Assembly (NCBI RefSeq): GCF_963921235.1
Contig: NC_086116.1
Span: 61,382,001-61,446,000 of the forward strand
Length of the DNA: 64,000 bases
DNA from: Mobula hypostoma
Taxonomy: Eukaryota
Direction: 5' to 3'
Below, piece after piece: positions 1-12,534 of the stretch. A model generated the notes under the pieces. The model ran no database searches. It saw only the letters and a list, made by a program, of their open reading frames with translations, and was not told where the DNA came from. The first letter of the stretch is position 1, and every line of letters starts with the position of its first letter. Made by a program: the position numbers and the translations under genes.

Positions 1-450
1 ACCCTGGTTCCGATAGACTCACCCTGGCTCCGATAGACTCACCCTGGCTCCGATAGGGTCACCCTGGCTCCGATAGGGTCACCTGGTTCCGATAGGCTCA
101 CCCTGGCTCCGATAGGCTCACCCTGGTTCCGATAGGGACACCCTGGCTCCAATAGGGACACGCTGGTTCCGATAGGGTCACCCTGGTTCCGATAGGGTCA
201 CCATGGCTCCGATAGGGTCACCCTGGTTCCGATAGACGAACCCTGGCTCCGATAGGGTCACCCTGGTTCCGATAGACTCACCCCGGTTCCGATAGGGTCA
301 CCCCAGCTCCGATAGGGTCACCCCGGTTCCGATAGGGTCACCCCGGTTCCGATAGGCTCACCCTGGTTCCGATTGACTCACCCTGGTTCTGATAGATTCA
401 TCCTGGTTCCAATTTCCGACGGGCTCATCCTGGCTCCGATAGACTCTGGG
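1..450. repeat. 20-bp-unit minisatellite (consensus ACCCTGGYTCCGATAGGGTC), about 22 degenerate copies, truncated by the window start
   Basis: Directly visible 20-nt periodicity with variant units (gggtc/ggctc/gactc; ggttcc/ggctcc), decaying after about 380. Confidence 0.95.
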
Positions 451-2814
451 ACCATCCTGGAGGGTTGTACATGCTGAAAAGGGTGGGGTAAGAGTAAGAG
501 GTCAGGGCTGATGAACACCTTCAGCAAGATCCAGCCACAGTTCTGTTCTGTCAGTGGGTTATGCAACAAATTGGGTCACTGTGCCTTTAAGATATTGAAT
601 GACTTCTTCATGCATTACTACGAAAGACAACTGTAGGAATTATCTGGAATTACAGTTGGAAGATTGTGATAACCTGATTGCAGAGTTTACTGCTCGGTTA
701 CCCTAAGGCGTTAGAGACGAGTAGACCATGGCGTTTAACATGTCTCTGCAAGGCTCCTAATGGAAAAAATAACCTCCTACAATTTGTTCATCTCAAATAG
801 TCTTGCTTGTGAGCGCTGTTGAAGCAGCAGAGAGATAATGACAGAGACTGCACAGAAATAACCAACTCAACCCTGTTTGGCTCTGAAGGTTTTTTTTTAA
901 AAAGGAGAAAATATTGGAAGTGAAAAGCTGCATCTGATTGAGGAAGGGCAGACAAAAATTCTGGGTGTGGGTCCTGTAGAAACTGTATTTATTTCGAGAT
1001 ACAGTGTGGACTAGGCCCTTCTGGCCCTTTGAGCTGCGCCACCCAGCGACCCCTGATTACCCCAAGAATCATGGAACAATTCACTATCATCATTTAACCT
1101 ACCCAGTATGTTTTTGGACTGTGGGAGGAAACCAGGGCACCTGGAGTAAACTCACACATTCCATGGGGAGAACGTACAGACTCCTTACAGATGATATTGG
1201 GATTGAACTTGGAACTCCGACGCCCTGGGCTGTAGTAACGTCGAACTAACCGCTACTCTACTGTGGTACCCCAACACCCCAACAATCAGACTCCCCATAT
1301 AATACTGCAAGTGGAATGGTGTGCTATCTCATACAGGTTACTATGATTACTAACAACCTGCTCAGGTGATGTCAAGCTACCAACCTGACCTGCTGCTTTT
1401 GCAATTTCCATCACCGTTAATAGTCTCCCTTCCAACTACTCTTCTTCCTGTCTCCTTTGAAATCCTAGTCACCCACCTTGGCACATGACCCGACAACACT
1501 TTGAACCTCCCCCAGTGCTCTTCCACCTTCCGTTTCTCCCATGGTCCATTCTCATTCTTCAGTCCTTTACTTTTTCCACCTATCGCCTCCCAGATTCTTA
1601 TTTCATCCTCCTCCCCCACCCACCTGGCTTCAGCTAACACCTTTTAACTTGTACTCCTTCCCCTCGCCCCACCTTCTTATTCTGGCATCTTCCCTCTTCC
1701 TTTCCAGTCCTGATGAAGGGTCTCAGCCCAAAACGCAACCTGTTTATTCTTCTCCATAGATGCTGCCTGACGTGGTGAGGTCCTCCAGCACTTTGAAGAT
1801 CAAATGTTTGCCCTTGTTCTCAAATTCTCTCATTAGCTCGAACCTCTCTCTGTTAAGTCTCCCACCTCAATGAACCTGGAAACCTCTGGTCTTCATGCTG
1901 CTGCAGCTCCGACTTGCTGCACATCCCCGAATTCAATCGCCCCGTCGTTGGGGCCCATGTAACCCACGCTCTGAAATCCGGATATTCAAGGGGCTGCGAC
2001 TCCTGGAATCTGGAGCAACAAACAACATGCTGGAGAAACTCAGCATCTGCAGAGGGAATATTTTCGAGGGACGGTAGATGTTTTCGAGCTGAAATCCTTC
2101 ATCTGGACTGTTTTTGACCCAGAGTTTTGACAGTTACTTTCCACTTCCCCTCACCTCAGATGTCACTCTGCCCACTGGGTTCTCTCAGCAGATTGTGTGT
2201 TGCTGGGCTCTATGATCTAGACAACTCTCCCTAAGCCTTGCCAGCTCTCTATTTCTCCTTTCACTTTCAATTCGACTTCCCATTCCCACACTGAAATGTC
2301 TGGCCACAGCCTCCTTTACTGCCAGATTGGAGGAGTAACACCTTATATATGTCTTGGGTGATGCTGGCAGTGTCAACATCAATTTCTCCCATTTCCGATA
2401 TCCACTACCCTTTGTTTCCCTACTTGTTTCCCCCCCCCCATTTGTTTTCACTCATTCCTATGGCCCACTCAGGCCTTCTCTTCCCATCTTCCATGCTCAT
2501 GCCTTGACCATCACCTTCCCCAGTTCACCACCACCTCTTTATTCCATGGTTCACTGTCCTCTCCTGTCAGATTTCTCCTTCTTCCATCCTTTGCCTTTTC
2601 CACCTATCACCTTCCAGCTTCTTATATCATTCCTATTCATCAACCCTCCCCCATCCACTCATCACCCCCCTCTCAGCTGGACTCACCTGACCACCCACCT
2701 CCTTATTCTGGCTTCTACGCCCTTCCATTCCAATCCTCACGAAGAGCCTCGGCCCGAAATATCGACTGTTCATTTCCCTCCATAGATGCTACCTGACCCA
2801 CTGAGTTCCTCCTC

Positions 2815-2815
2815 T

Positions 2816-2855
<40 letters not shown>
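2815..2855. repeat. (TG)n microsatellite expanded from a Penelope-like tail
   Basis: TG run at the position of the TGTGTGTG tract of the family consensus. Confidence 0.9.
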
Positions 2856-2856
<1 letters not shown>

Positions 2857-3604
2857 CAAGATTTGCAGCATCTGAGGAAACTCTTGTGGCTCCTCCTTTT
2901 TAACATTTTGGTTACCCCTTGCTCGGAATTCTTTAAATAGTTTGCGTCAGATTTTATCAGGTGACGCTCCTGAGAAGCACCTTTGATCATTTTGCTGCAA
3001 GTTAGTTGAACGTTATTGGTTTGATTTAAAGTATGTCACAATATATTGCAGAAGGCAGAGGCTGCGATCGGCAAACTGTAATTTCCGTTAGAAATGTATT
3101 TATGAACCATCTAAAACAGGGGTTTCCAACCTTTTTTATGCTGTGGACCCCTACCATTGACTTAAGGGGTCAATTATTTTACAAGAGCCTTGAGGCCCAC
3201 ACCAGCAGGTTCAGAAAGAGTTGTTATCCTTTAACCATCAGGCTCCTGAACCAGCATGGATAACTTCACTCACCTCAGTACTGAACTGATTTCACAACCA
3301 ACTCATGTTCTCAGTATGATTTATTTATTTTTTGTGCTTTCAGTTTGTTGTCTTTTGCACATTGGTTGTTTGTCAGTATTTGTGTGTGTGCAGTTTTTCA
3401 TTGATTCTATCATATTTCTTTGTTCTATTGTGAATCTGCAAGAGAATAAATCCCGATATATGTACTTTGATAGTAAATGTACCTTGAATTTCAAACTTTT
3501 TTGAGTATTTGCTCATCAAACAGGTACGGAAAGGGGGACTGAGTAACTAACAGTGGTAATAGCTGCAGCGATGACTGGCTTTGTGGCTGTGGTCTCCACT
3601 TCTG

Positions 3605-4230
3605 GAGTCAGAATCAGGTTTAATATCACCAGCACATGTTGTGAAATCTATTGCCTTTGCAGCAGCAATACAATGCAATACATAATAATATAGAAAAAAA
3701 CTAAATTACATTAAGTATATATAGATATTAAATAGTTAAATTAAAGTAGTGGTACAAAAATAGGAAGTAGTGAGGTAGTGTCCAAGGGTTCAATGTTCAT
3801 TCAGAAATCGAATGGCAGAGGGGAAGAAGCTGTTCCTGAATCACTGAGCGTGTGCCTTCAGGCTTCTGTACCTCCTACCTGATGGTGACAGTGAGAAGAG
3901 GGGGATGGGGGGTCCTTATGACGGATGCCGCCTGTTCGAGGCATTGCTCCTTGAAGATGTCCTGGACACTATGGAGGCAGCTCCATGATGGAGCTGACCG
4001 AGTTTACAACTCTCTGCAGCTCACTTTGATCCTGTGCAGTAGCCCCCTTCCCCCCCACCCCCCCGCAATACCAGATGGCAATGCAGCCAGTTAGAATGCT
4101 CTCTACGGTATATCTGTAGAAATTTTTGTGTTTTGGAGGCATACCAAATTTTCTCAAACTCCTAATGAAGTATAGCAGCTCTTCTGTCTCCTTTGTAGCT
4201 GCATCGATATGTTGGGTCCAGGTTAGATCT
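3605..4230 (-). mobile_element. Rex1/Babar-type LINE 3' fragment
   Basis: ORF 3969..4157 NFYRYTVESILTGCIAIWY; related copies at about 4920-5320, 12180-12830, 24600-25130, 30830-31270, 33930-34420 and 45150-45560. Confidence 0.7.
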
Positions 4231-6174
4231 TTAATTCCGAATGTATTTGCTTATTTTTACTGTTTGCACAATTTGTTCTGTTTTTGTTTGACAGTTAATA
4301 AATTTCACAACATATGCTGGTGATATTAAACCTGATTCTGGTTCTTTTTTAATTGGTTTATTGGGTGTCTTTATTTTAAGTTGCCTGTAAGGAGATGATT
4401 CTCAAGGTTGTATATAGTATACATACATTAATAATAAAAGTACCTTGATCTTTGAACTTCGACTTTGAGTTCAAGTTTACAGAAGAACCACACTTGCCAG
4501 AGCAGAATATTGTGCTCCTGTCTGGTGCAGAATTCGCTGCAGAAGTAAAACAGAATATTGTACATAACAGTGCACTGAGACTCATAATGGGTTACACAGC
4601 TTAAACATGTTCTTTATGTTTGGGCATCAACTCAAGTGACATCAGATGTCAGATTCTAACACCGTTGCTGGAAGCGAAGGTGAGAGATGATGCAGTCACT
4701 TACTTTATCGCAATTGGAATTGATTTGTTATTGTCACATGTGCCGAGATACAGTGCTAAGCGTGCCTTGCATACTGTTCATACAGATCAGATCATTGCAC
4801 AGTGCACTGAGGTAGGACAAGGTGAAACAATCACAGGATGCAGAATGAGGTGTAATAGGTATAGAGAAATTATAGTTCCCGTAAACAATTAGGTGCAAAG
4901 TCGTAATGAGTTTCTATGTACCAAAGTGCAATGAAGAGCTCAATCTGCATGTTGTTCCTACTGCGCAAATCAGGTCGAACAAGGTGTAAAGACTGCAGTG
5001 CAGATAAATGATAATGTGTAAAATGATAACAAGTCTGTGTTTAAGAGTCTGATAACAGTGGGATAGGAGCTGTCCTTGAGCCTGGTGGTACGTGCTCTCA
5101 GGCTTTTGTATCGTCTGCTTGTTGGCAGAGAGGAGCAGAGAAAATGGCTGGGGTGAGTGGGGGCTTTGGTTCTGCTGCCTGCTGTACTCCGAGAGTGAGA
5201 GTCGTAGAGTCAGCGGAGGGGAGAGGCTGGTTGCCCTGATGTGTTGAGCTGTGTCCACAGAGCAGTTCCCATACCAAGCCATGATGCATCCAGATAGGAT
5301 GTTTTCAACGGTGCACCAATTAAAATTGATCACTAACATTCTAAGCAAGAGGAGGCAAAAGAAATATGAAAATATTAAGCCTTTATTTGGCCTGCAAAAG
5401 GAAGAGTCTGGTAACTCTGAACCAAACCAGAGGGTAACAAATTTGTGGGGTCAATATCTGGAGAAAGCCTTGGTCTTATTCCTGCAGTGTTTAATTACAG
5501 CACTGAGCACAGTTCGCAGTGGATGTGACCTTGACAGAGAAACAGTGGTCAGACTAAATAATCTGAGATCTGGACACTGTTCTTCACAGTAGCACTTTAC
5601 AAAATGAGTGTCTCAGACAGACTGTGTGAATATGGCGCCTGCCATTTAATTGAAAGCTGCAGTCTTTACAATTCAAGAGACAGGCTCGATGGAATCCACA
5701 CGTTGAGCAATAATAATTGACAATAGCTGTGAGATTTGAAGGTTGATAGCTGACAACATATAAAAGAGAATGACAAACACTCATCTCATTGATGGTCTAG
5801 TCCAGCTATTGCCAATATGATGGAGGTTCCAGCCTTTGTGAAATAATCTGTTGTGTTGTATTTTTTCCAAACCTAGCTTTAGATAAAACAGCAAGTGTTT
5901 CATAATTACAAAAAGAACTTGGAACATTTTCCCTGGTGCTTTTTAGGCACCTCTCAAGTACGACCAGTGGTGTAGTGGCATCAGCACCAGACTTCGAGCA
6001 AATGGTCCTGGGTTCAGACCTGGGGATCTGCTTGAACACTTTCCATCTGTACTGGGCTGAGCATCAAGCTTTCAACTCGGCCCTGTGAAAAACAGATAAA
6101 GAAATGGCCCAATGCACCACAAGGCACGGAAAGCAGCAACAACAACGATCAAGTGTCGAAGGAGCAGTGTCTGT

Positions 6175-6560
6175 GCAACACGCACCAAATGCTGGAGGAA
6201 CTCAGCAGGTCAGGTAGCATCTATGGAGAGGAATAAGCAGTCGATGTTTTGGTCTGAGACCCTTCATCAGGACCGGAAAAGAAGCAGGCAGAAGCCAGAA
6301 TATGAAGATGGGGGAAGAGAAGGGAGTACAATCTGGTAGGTGATAGACCAAGTGAGGGGGAAGGACAGTGGGTGGGACGGGGATAATGAAGTAAGAAGCT
6401 GGAAGGTGATCAATGGAAAAGGTAAGGGGCTGAAGAAGAAGGAATCTGATAGGAGAGGACGGTAGATCTTGGAAAAAAAGGGAAGGATGACTACCACATG
6501 AGACGTTAGACATGTGGGAAGAAACAAAGAGGTGAGAGGGGAGCCAAGACGGGGAATTTC
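6175..6560 (-). mobile_element. Penelope-like terminal fragment; decayed hammerhead at 6238-6275
   Basis: Minus strand CGGTCCTGATGAAGGGTCTCAGACCAAAACATCGACTG plus purine-rich flank shared with other copies. Confidence 0.7.
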
Positions 6561-6819
6561 TTACTTTCCATTACACAAGACTATCTCCTTCAGGAAGGAA
6601 GAGCTCCATAGATACTACCCGACCTGTGACAGATTCCAGCATTTTCAGTTTTTGTTTTGGATTTCCTGCATCTGCAGTTTTTCTTTGATTTCCGTTATCT
6701 ATTATCCCCTTGGTACTTCGCTGTAATATCCCTAATGTCTTTCACTCAATCATATGTTGAGTTTGTATTCACCTGCAGAGAAACAAGATAATTTATATTG
6801 TATATAATATATATATTAT

Positions 6820-7466
6820 TCCTTCACCATTGATGCTGCCCTCACCCACATCTCCTCCATTACCCAGACACCACGCTCATCCCATCTTCCCGCTACCTTA
6901 ATTGGATAGAGTTCCTCTTGTCCTCACCTATCACCCCAGGAGCCTCCATATCCAACGTATTGTTCTTCAATGGGACCCTAGCACCAAACATATCTTTATC
7001 TTGCCCCCTTCTCTCTGCTTTCCACAGGGATCACTCCCTCCATGATCCCTTTTCTATTCATCCCTTCCCATTAATCTCCCTCTTGGCACTTACCCTGCAA
7101 GTGGCAGAAGTGCTACAGCTGCCCATTCACCTCCTCCCTCATCTTCATTCAGGCCCACATCAGTCCTTCCAGGTGAGGCAGCACTTCACCTCTGAACCTG
7201 CTGGGGTTATCTACTATATCTAGTGTTCCTGATGGGGCTTTCTCTACATTGTTGAAACTTGCCAGAGATTGGGGGACCGCTTTGTCAAGCACCTTCACTC
7301 CATCTGGAAAAGGTATGGATTTCCCAGTGACCAACCATTTCAATTCCAATCCCCATTCACATTCCGACATGTCGTAGCATGGCTTCTTCCTCTGCCATGA
7401 TGAGGCCACTCTCAGGTTGGAGGAGCAACACCTCATATTCCATTGAGGTAGCCTCCAAACTGATAG
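6820..7466 (+). mobile_element. Penelope-like element fragment with degenerate GIY-YIG endonuclease coding region (continues at 9246-9662)
   Basis: Translation about 7095-7305 gives PCKWQKCYSC...SFQVRQHFTSEPAGVIYYI*CS*WGFLYIVETCQRLGDRFVKHL, a decayed VIY..C..C..LYIGET GIY-YIG with the upstream Cys motif. Confidence 0.8.
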
Positions 7467-9243
7467 ATTTGATTATGAATTGATTATGGGGAGCAAGGAC
7501 ATGGCAGACCAATTGAATAATTACTTTGGTTCTGTCTTCACTAAGGAGGACATAAATAATCTTCCAGAAATAGTAAGGGACAGAGGGTCCAGTGAGATGG
7601 AGGAACTGAGCGAAATACATGTTAGTAGGGAAGTGGTGTTAGGTAAATTGAAGGGATTGAAGGCAGATAAATCCCCAGGGCCAGATGGTCTGCATCCCAG
7701 AGTGCTTAAGGAAGTGGCCCAAGAAATAGTGGATGCATTAGTGATAATTTTTCAAAACTCGTTAGATTCTGGACTAGTTCCTGAGGATTGGAGGGTGGCT
7801 AATGTAACCCCACTTTTTAAAAAAGGAGGGAGAGAGAAACCGGGGAATTATAGGCCGGTTAGCCTAACGTCGGTGGTGGGGAAACTGCTGGAGTCAGTTA
7901 TCAAGGATGTGATAACAGCACATTTGGAAAGCGGTGAAATGATCGGACAAAGTCAGCATGGATTTGTGAAAGGAAAATCATGTCTGACGAATCTCATAGA
8001 ATTTTTTGAGGATGTAACTAGTAGAGTGGATAGGGGAGAACCAGTGGATGTGGTATATTTGGATTTTCAAAAGGCTTTTGACAAGGTCCCACATAGGAGA
8101 TTAGTGTGCAAACTTAAAGCACACGGTATTGGGGGTAAGGTATTGGTGTGGGTGGAGAATTGGTTAGCAGACAGGAAGCAAAGAGTGGGAATAAACGGGA
8201 CCTTTTCAGAATGGCAGGCGGTGACTAGTGGGGTACCGCAAGGCTCAGTGCTGGGACCCCAGTTGTTTACAATATATATTAATGACTTGGATGAGGGAAT
8301 TAAATGCAGCATCTCCAAGTTTGCGGATGACACGAAGCTGGGTGGCAGTGTTAGCAGTGAGGAGGATGCTAAGAGGATGCAGGGTGACTTGGATAGGTTG
8401 GGTGAGTGGGCAAACTCATGGCAGATGCAATTTAATGTGGATAAATGTGAAGTTATCCACTTTGGTGGCAAAAATAGGAAAACAGATTATTATCTGAATG
8501 GTGGCCGATTAGGAAAAGGGGAGGTGCAACGAGACCTGGGTGTCATTATACACCAGTCATTGAAAGTGGGCATGCAGGTACAGCAGGCGGTGAAAAAGGC
8601 GAACGGTATGCTGGCATTTATAGCGAGAGGATTCGAGTACAGGAGCAGGGAGGTACTACTGCAGTTGTACAAGGCCTTGGTGAGACCACACCTGGAGTAT
8701 TGTGTGCAGTTTTGGTCCCCTAATCTGAGGAAAGACATCTTTGCCATAGAGGGAGTACAAAGAAGGTTCACCAGATTGATTCCTGGGATGGCAGGTCTTT
8801 CATATGAAGAAAGACTGGATGAACTGGGCTTGTACTCGTTGGAATTTAGAAGATTGAGGGGGGATCTGATTGAAACGTATAAGATCCTAAAGGGATTGGA
8901 CAGGCTAGATGCAGGAAGATTGTTCCCGATGTTGGGGAGGTCTAGAACGAGGGGTCACAGTTTGAGGATAGAGGGGAAGCCTTTTAGGACCGAGGTTAGG
9001 AAAAACTTCTTCACACAGAGAGTGGTGAATCTGTGGAATTCTCTGCCACAGCAAACTGTTGAGGCCAGTTCATTAGCTATGTTTAAAAGGAAGTTAGATA
9101 TGGCCCTTGTGGCTACAGGGGTCAGGGGGTATGGAGGGAAGGCTGGGTTCTGAGTTGGATGATCAGCCATGATCATAATAAATGGCGGTGCAGGCTCGAA
9201 GGGCCGAATGGCCTACTCCTGCACCTATTTTCTATGTTTCTAT
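7467..9243 (+). mobile_element. 5'-truncated CR1-clade LINE, young copy, nested in a Penelope-like fragment
   Basis: Uninterrupted RT ORF, short 3' UTR ending in TTTCTATGTTTCTAT, host sequence rejoins across the insertion, possible ATAG duplication. Confidence 0.92.
7480..9153 (+). CDS. CR1 LINE ORF2 C-terminal part: reverse transcriptase domain (no endonuclease domain)
   Basis: 557 aa with KSPGPDG, NYRPVSLTS, YLDFQKAFDKV, GVPQGSVLGP, KFADD, RPHLEYC and FFTQRVVNLWNSLP motifs. Confidence 0.9.
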   Translation: MIMGSKDMADQLNNYFGSVFTKEDINNLPEIVRDRGSSEMEELSEIHVSREVVLGKLKGLKADKSPGPDGLHPRVLKEVAQEIVDALVIIFQNSLDSGLVPEDWRVANVTPLFKKGGREKPGNYRPVSLTSVVGKLLESVIKDVITAHLESGEMIGQSQHGFVKGKSCLTNLIEFFEDVTSRVDRGEPVDVVYLDFQKAFDKVPHRRLVCKLKAHGIGGKVLVWVENWLADRKQRVGINGTFSEWQAVTSGVPQGSVLGPQLFTIYINDLDEGIKCSISKFADDTKLGGSVSSEEDAKRMQGDLDRLGEWANSWQMQFNVDKCEVIHFGGKNRKTDYYLNGGRLGKGEVQRDLGVIIHQSLKVGMQVQQAVKKANGMLAFIARGFEYRSREVLLQLYKALVRPHLEYCVQFWSPNLRKDIFAIEGVQRRFTRLIPGMAGLSYEERLDELGLYSLEFRRLRGDLIETYKILKGLDRLDAGRLFPMLGRSRTRGHSLRIEGKPFRTEVRKNFFTQRVVNLWNSLPQQTVEASSLAMFKRKLDMALVATGVRGYGGKAGF

Positions 9244-9245
9244 AG

Positions 9246-9662
9246 CATGATCAACAATTTCTTCAACTTCCCTCTTCTTCATTTCCCCACATTGGCCCCA
9301 CTCTTACCTCTTCTCCTCACCTGCCTATCACCTCTGCCTGGTGCCCCTCCTCCTTCCTTTGCTCCCAAGGTCCACTCTCCTCTCCTATCAGATTCCTTCT
9401 TCTTCAGCCCTTTACCTTTTCCACCTATCACCTCCCAGCTTCTTACTTTCACACCACTCTGCCACCCACTAGCTTCATCTATCACCTTCTAACTTGTACC
9501 CCTTCCCCACCACCCCACCTTCTTATTCTGGTATCTTCCCTCCTTCATTTCCCGTCTGGATGAAAGGTCTCAGCCTGAAATGATGACTATTTATTCCTGG
9601 CCTGCTGAGTTCCTCCAGCATTTTGTGTGCGCTGCTGTGGATTTCCAGCATCTCTTGTGTTT
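9246..9662 (+). mobile_element. 3' part and terminal repeat of the Penelope-like element interrupted by the CR1
   Basis: Pyrimidine-rich tract, decayed hammerhead motif at about 9553-9589, then the shared tail CCTGCTGAGTTCCTCCAGCATTTTGTG. Confidence 0.75.
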
Positions 9663-11866
9663 AGAGCAGTTAAATTTAGGATTAATTAAGGGGCTGATAA
9701 AAGAAAAATGGATATTTTCAGATGTAGAAGAAAGTACAGAGATAATTAGGGACAAAAGCATGGAGGGCCTTGTACACAAGGGTGAGAATTTTTTTAAGGA
9801 GTGCATAGGGGCGATGGCTGATGAGCAAATAATGGTACAAGTGTCAGAACTGTAGGTGAGCTACGATGAACAGTGAACAGGACTGAGACACACTTGGTCC
9901 ACAAAAATGCTCTGTCAAATATCTGTCTTAATTTAGTGACTTTTCAAGATTCAAGGTCCAAGTTTATTTGTCTTGTGTATATCAAAGCGTACAGTGAAAA
10001 GTGTTGTTTGCGTTAACAACCAACACAACCAAGTGTGTACTGGGGGTAGCCCACAGATGTCACCACGCATTTTGGCACCAACATAGCCAGAGTCATCAGC
10101 ATTGCCCAAGCACCAGGGGAAATACAGTGCTCCTTCTTGTGGCCCAGGATCTATCATGAAATGGCTTATGAGGGCTCAGGTTTTAATGCTTCATCATAGT
10201 GACCGTGATCCAGGCCGGACACTGTCCAGATTTTTATTTCTCAGGTTGGCACATTAACCTCGTGACCTTCTGAGCAGAAGTTTAGTGAGATGACGCTGAC
10301 AGTGAGTTAGGGCCTGCCTTTTGTTCTACCAAAGTTCAAAATACATTTATTATCAAAGTATGTATACCATCCACAACCTTGGGATTCGTCTACTTACAGG
10401 AGGCCATAAAACGAAGAAACCCAATGGAACCCATTATAAAAAGACCATCAAACAACCAATGTGTGGAAAAAAACAAATCATGCGAACAATAACAGTAAAC
10501 AAACAATATTCAGAACTAAATTCATGAAAGTGAGTCCAGAGCCGCAAAGCCAGGAGCCCGTTAGTTGCAGACACGAGTAAACCTCACTGACAGCAAGCTT
10601 AACACCAGCCCATCCATTGCCTTTGGCCCCAGCACCCTGACCTTTTCAGGCTGGCCCCGTGGCAGTTTAAGGTGGTGCTGGTTTAGACTGGTAGAACAAA
10701 AAGGCGTGAGTAATAATGGTTTGCAAACAATGTACGAGCCAGAGTTGAGGGTCGGAGACTAATTAGAAGAGATTAAAACTTGGAGTCCATGCACTAAATC
10801 AACTACCCAGACCCGTTGTGTAACTTCATTAGTTCCAGAGTGGGGAGTAAAGCCTGTGTAATTCACTGTCGCCATGCTCCACAGGCTTGTTCCCTTCGTT
10901 TTTTTCAAAGGCAACTCCATAAATTTGTCAGAGGAAGGCAGCTTGCACACTTGCACAAAGCAGCAGGCTTGCAAAGTTCATCTGTTCCTCAATTTACAAA
11001 GGAACTAGAACGTTTGCACTCTGGGATGAGGTGCCTATGTGAGTTACATCTTCTGTTGCCTTCGTGCTTTGTAATGCAAATTGACTGGGAGGGGAGTGTT
11101 GGGTTTGGAGGTGTGAGGATGGGGGATGGTGTTGGGAAGGGAAGGGATTTGGGGATCTGTAATATCTCAGATAATGAAGTGCCATTCTTTGCAGTTGACA
11201 ATTTAATTAACACCTGACTGAATAATACATCCTGTTGACAAATGTTGCTTCAGATTTTATCCTTTTGAAATGTAATGACTCCGTTTATGGTTGAGGATTG
11301 GTGATTTACAGATTGCTGTTCTTACTGCAAATAGAGTTATACAGCACTGAAATAGGCCCTTCAGCCCATCATATCCCTGCTAATGTTTAACTACCAACAT
11401 ATACTAATCCACTTTCCCTCATCTGTAGTCTTTCATGCCATAGTGTTTCAAATGAATCAGAATCAGAATGAGGTTCATTATCAACACAAGAAAGTCTGCA
11501 GATGCCGGGAATCCAGAGCAACACACACAAAGCGTGGGAGGAACTCAGGTCAGGCAGCATCTATAGAAACGAATAAACAATCAATGTTTTGGGCCAAGAC
11601 CCTCAGGACTGAGAAGGAAGGGGGCAGTCACCAGAATAAAAAGTTGGGCAGGAGGGCAAAGAGGTCAAGGGCTGGAGAAGAAAGGATCTGATAGGAGAGC
11701 AGAGTGGGCAATAGGAGAAGGGGAAGGAGGAGGCAACCCAGGGTGAGGTGATGGGCAGGTGAGAAGAAGTGAGAGTTCAGAGTGGGTAATAGGGGTGGGG
11801 GCGGGGGGAGATCTGTTCACCAGAAGGAGAAATCATTATTATCACTGACAGGTGCCATGATATTTT

Positions 11867-12083
11867 AAACACAAAAGAGATTCTGCAGATGCTGAAAATC
11901 CAGAGAAACACACGCAAAATGCTGGAGGAACTCAGCAGGTCTGACAGCATCTATGGAAAGGAATAAGTAGTCGACGTTTTGGACCAATCTTGGTGAATGT
12001 TCTCGGCCTGAAACGTCGACTGTTTTCTCTTGTCCATAGATGCTGCCTGACCTGCTGATTTCGTCCAGCATTTTGTGTGTGTT
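11867..12083. mobile_element. Fold-back Penelope terminal-repeat copy (older)
   Basis: Minus-orientation arm ending GTCGACGTTTTGGACC, then plus arm TCTCGGCCTGAAACGTCGACTG...CAGCATTTTGTGTGTGTT. Confidence 0.75.
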
Positions 12084-12301
12084 ATCGTTGCGAAATTTGT
12101 TTCTTTTTGTAACAGTTGTATAGTGCAAGATTGAGAAAAGTTACTGTAAGTTAACAAAAAAAGCACAAAACAGGAATAGTGATGTAGTGTTCACAGTACA
12201 TTCAGAAATCTGATGGTGGAGGGGACATGCTGTTTCTGAAACGATGAATGTGGATCTTCACACTCAGTGATTCAGGAAAAGCTTCTTCTCCTGGTATTAA
12301 T

Positions 12302-12534
12302 TGTGGTAAACCATATATATATGTTGTAACTGGGTTACCTGTCTGGACACACCCCTCTGCTGACTGCTCCTGTGGCTCCTCCCACGGACCCAATAATAAA
12401 GGTGATTGTGCCACTGCTCCTCCTCTCAGTCCAGGGCAGATACTCAGCCTGGTCGAGGTCACATCTTACTGCAAATAAAAGCCTTTTAGTATTTACTCTA
12501 CTTCCAGTCTTTTGGAGTAATTGATAGTGCATCA
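12302..12534 (+). mobile_element. Solo LTR (233 bp, probably Gypsy-type) inserted in a Rex1-like fragment
   Basis: TG...CA termini, AATAAA near the 3' end, flanking TTAAT/GTAAT 5-bp duplication with one mismatch; host GGTAGTAATGAGAAG is restored on removal. Confidence 0.7.

Noticed and set aside
1..450. CRISPR-like array
   Set aside because: Units are contiguous with no unique spacers, the context is eukaryotic and there are no cas genes; it is a minisatellite
5965..6050. tRNA gene
   Set aside because: No full cloverleaf; it is the decayed tRNA-like head of a SINE with copies near 13765-13940 and 17440
7480..9153. Host gene or domesticated/retron-type reverse transcriptase
   Set aside because: Typical CR1 ORF2 C-terminus with 3' tail and 5' truncation; the annotated start is a TTG at the insertion junction
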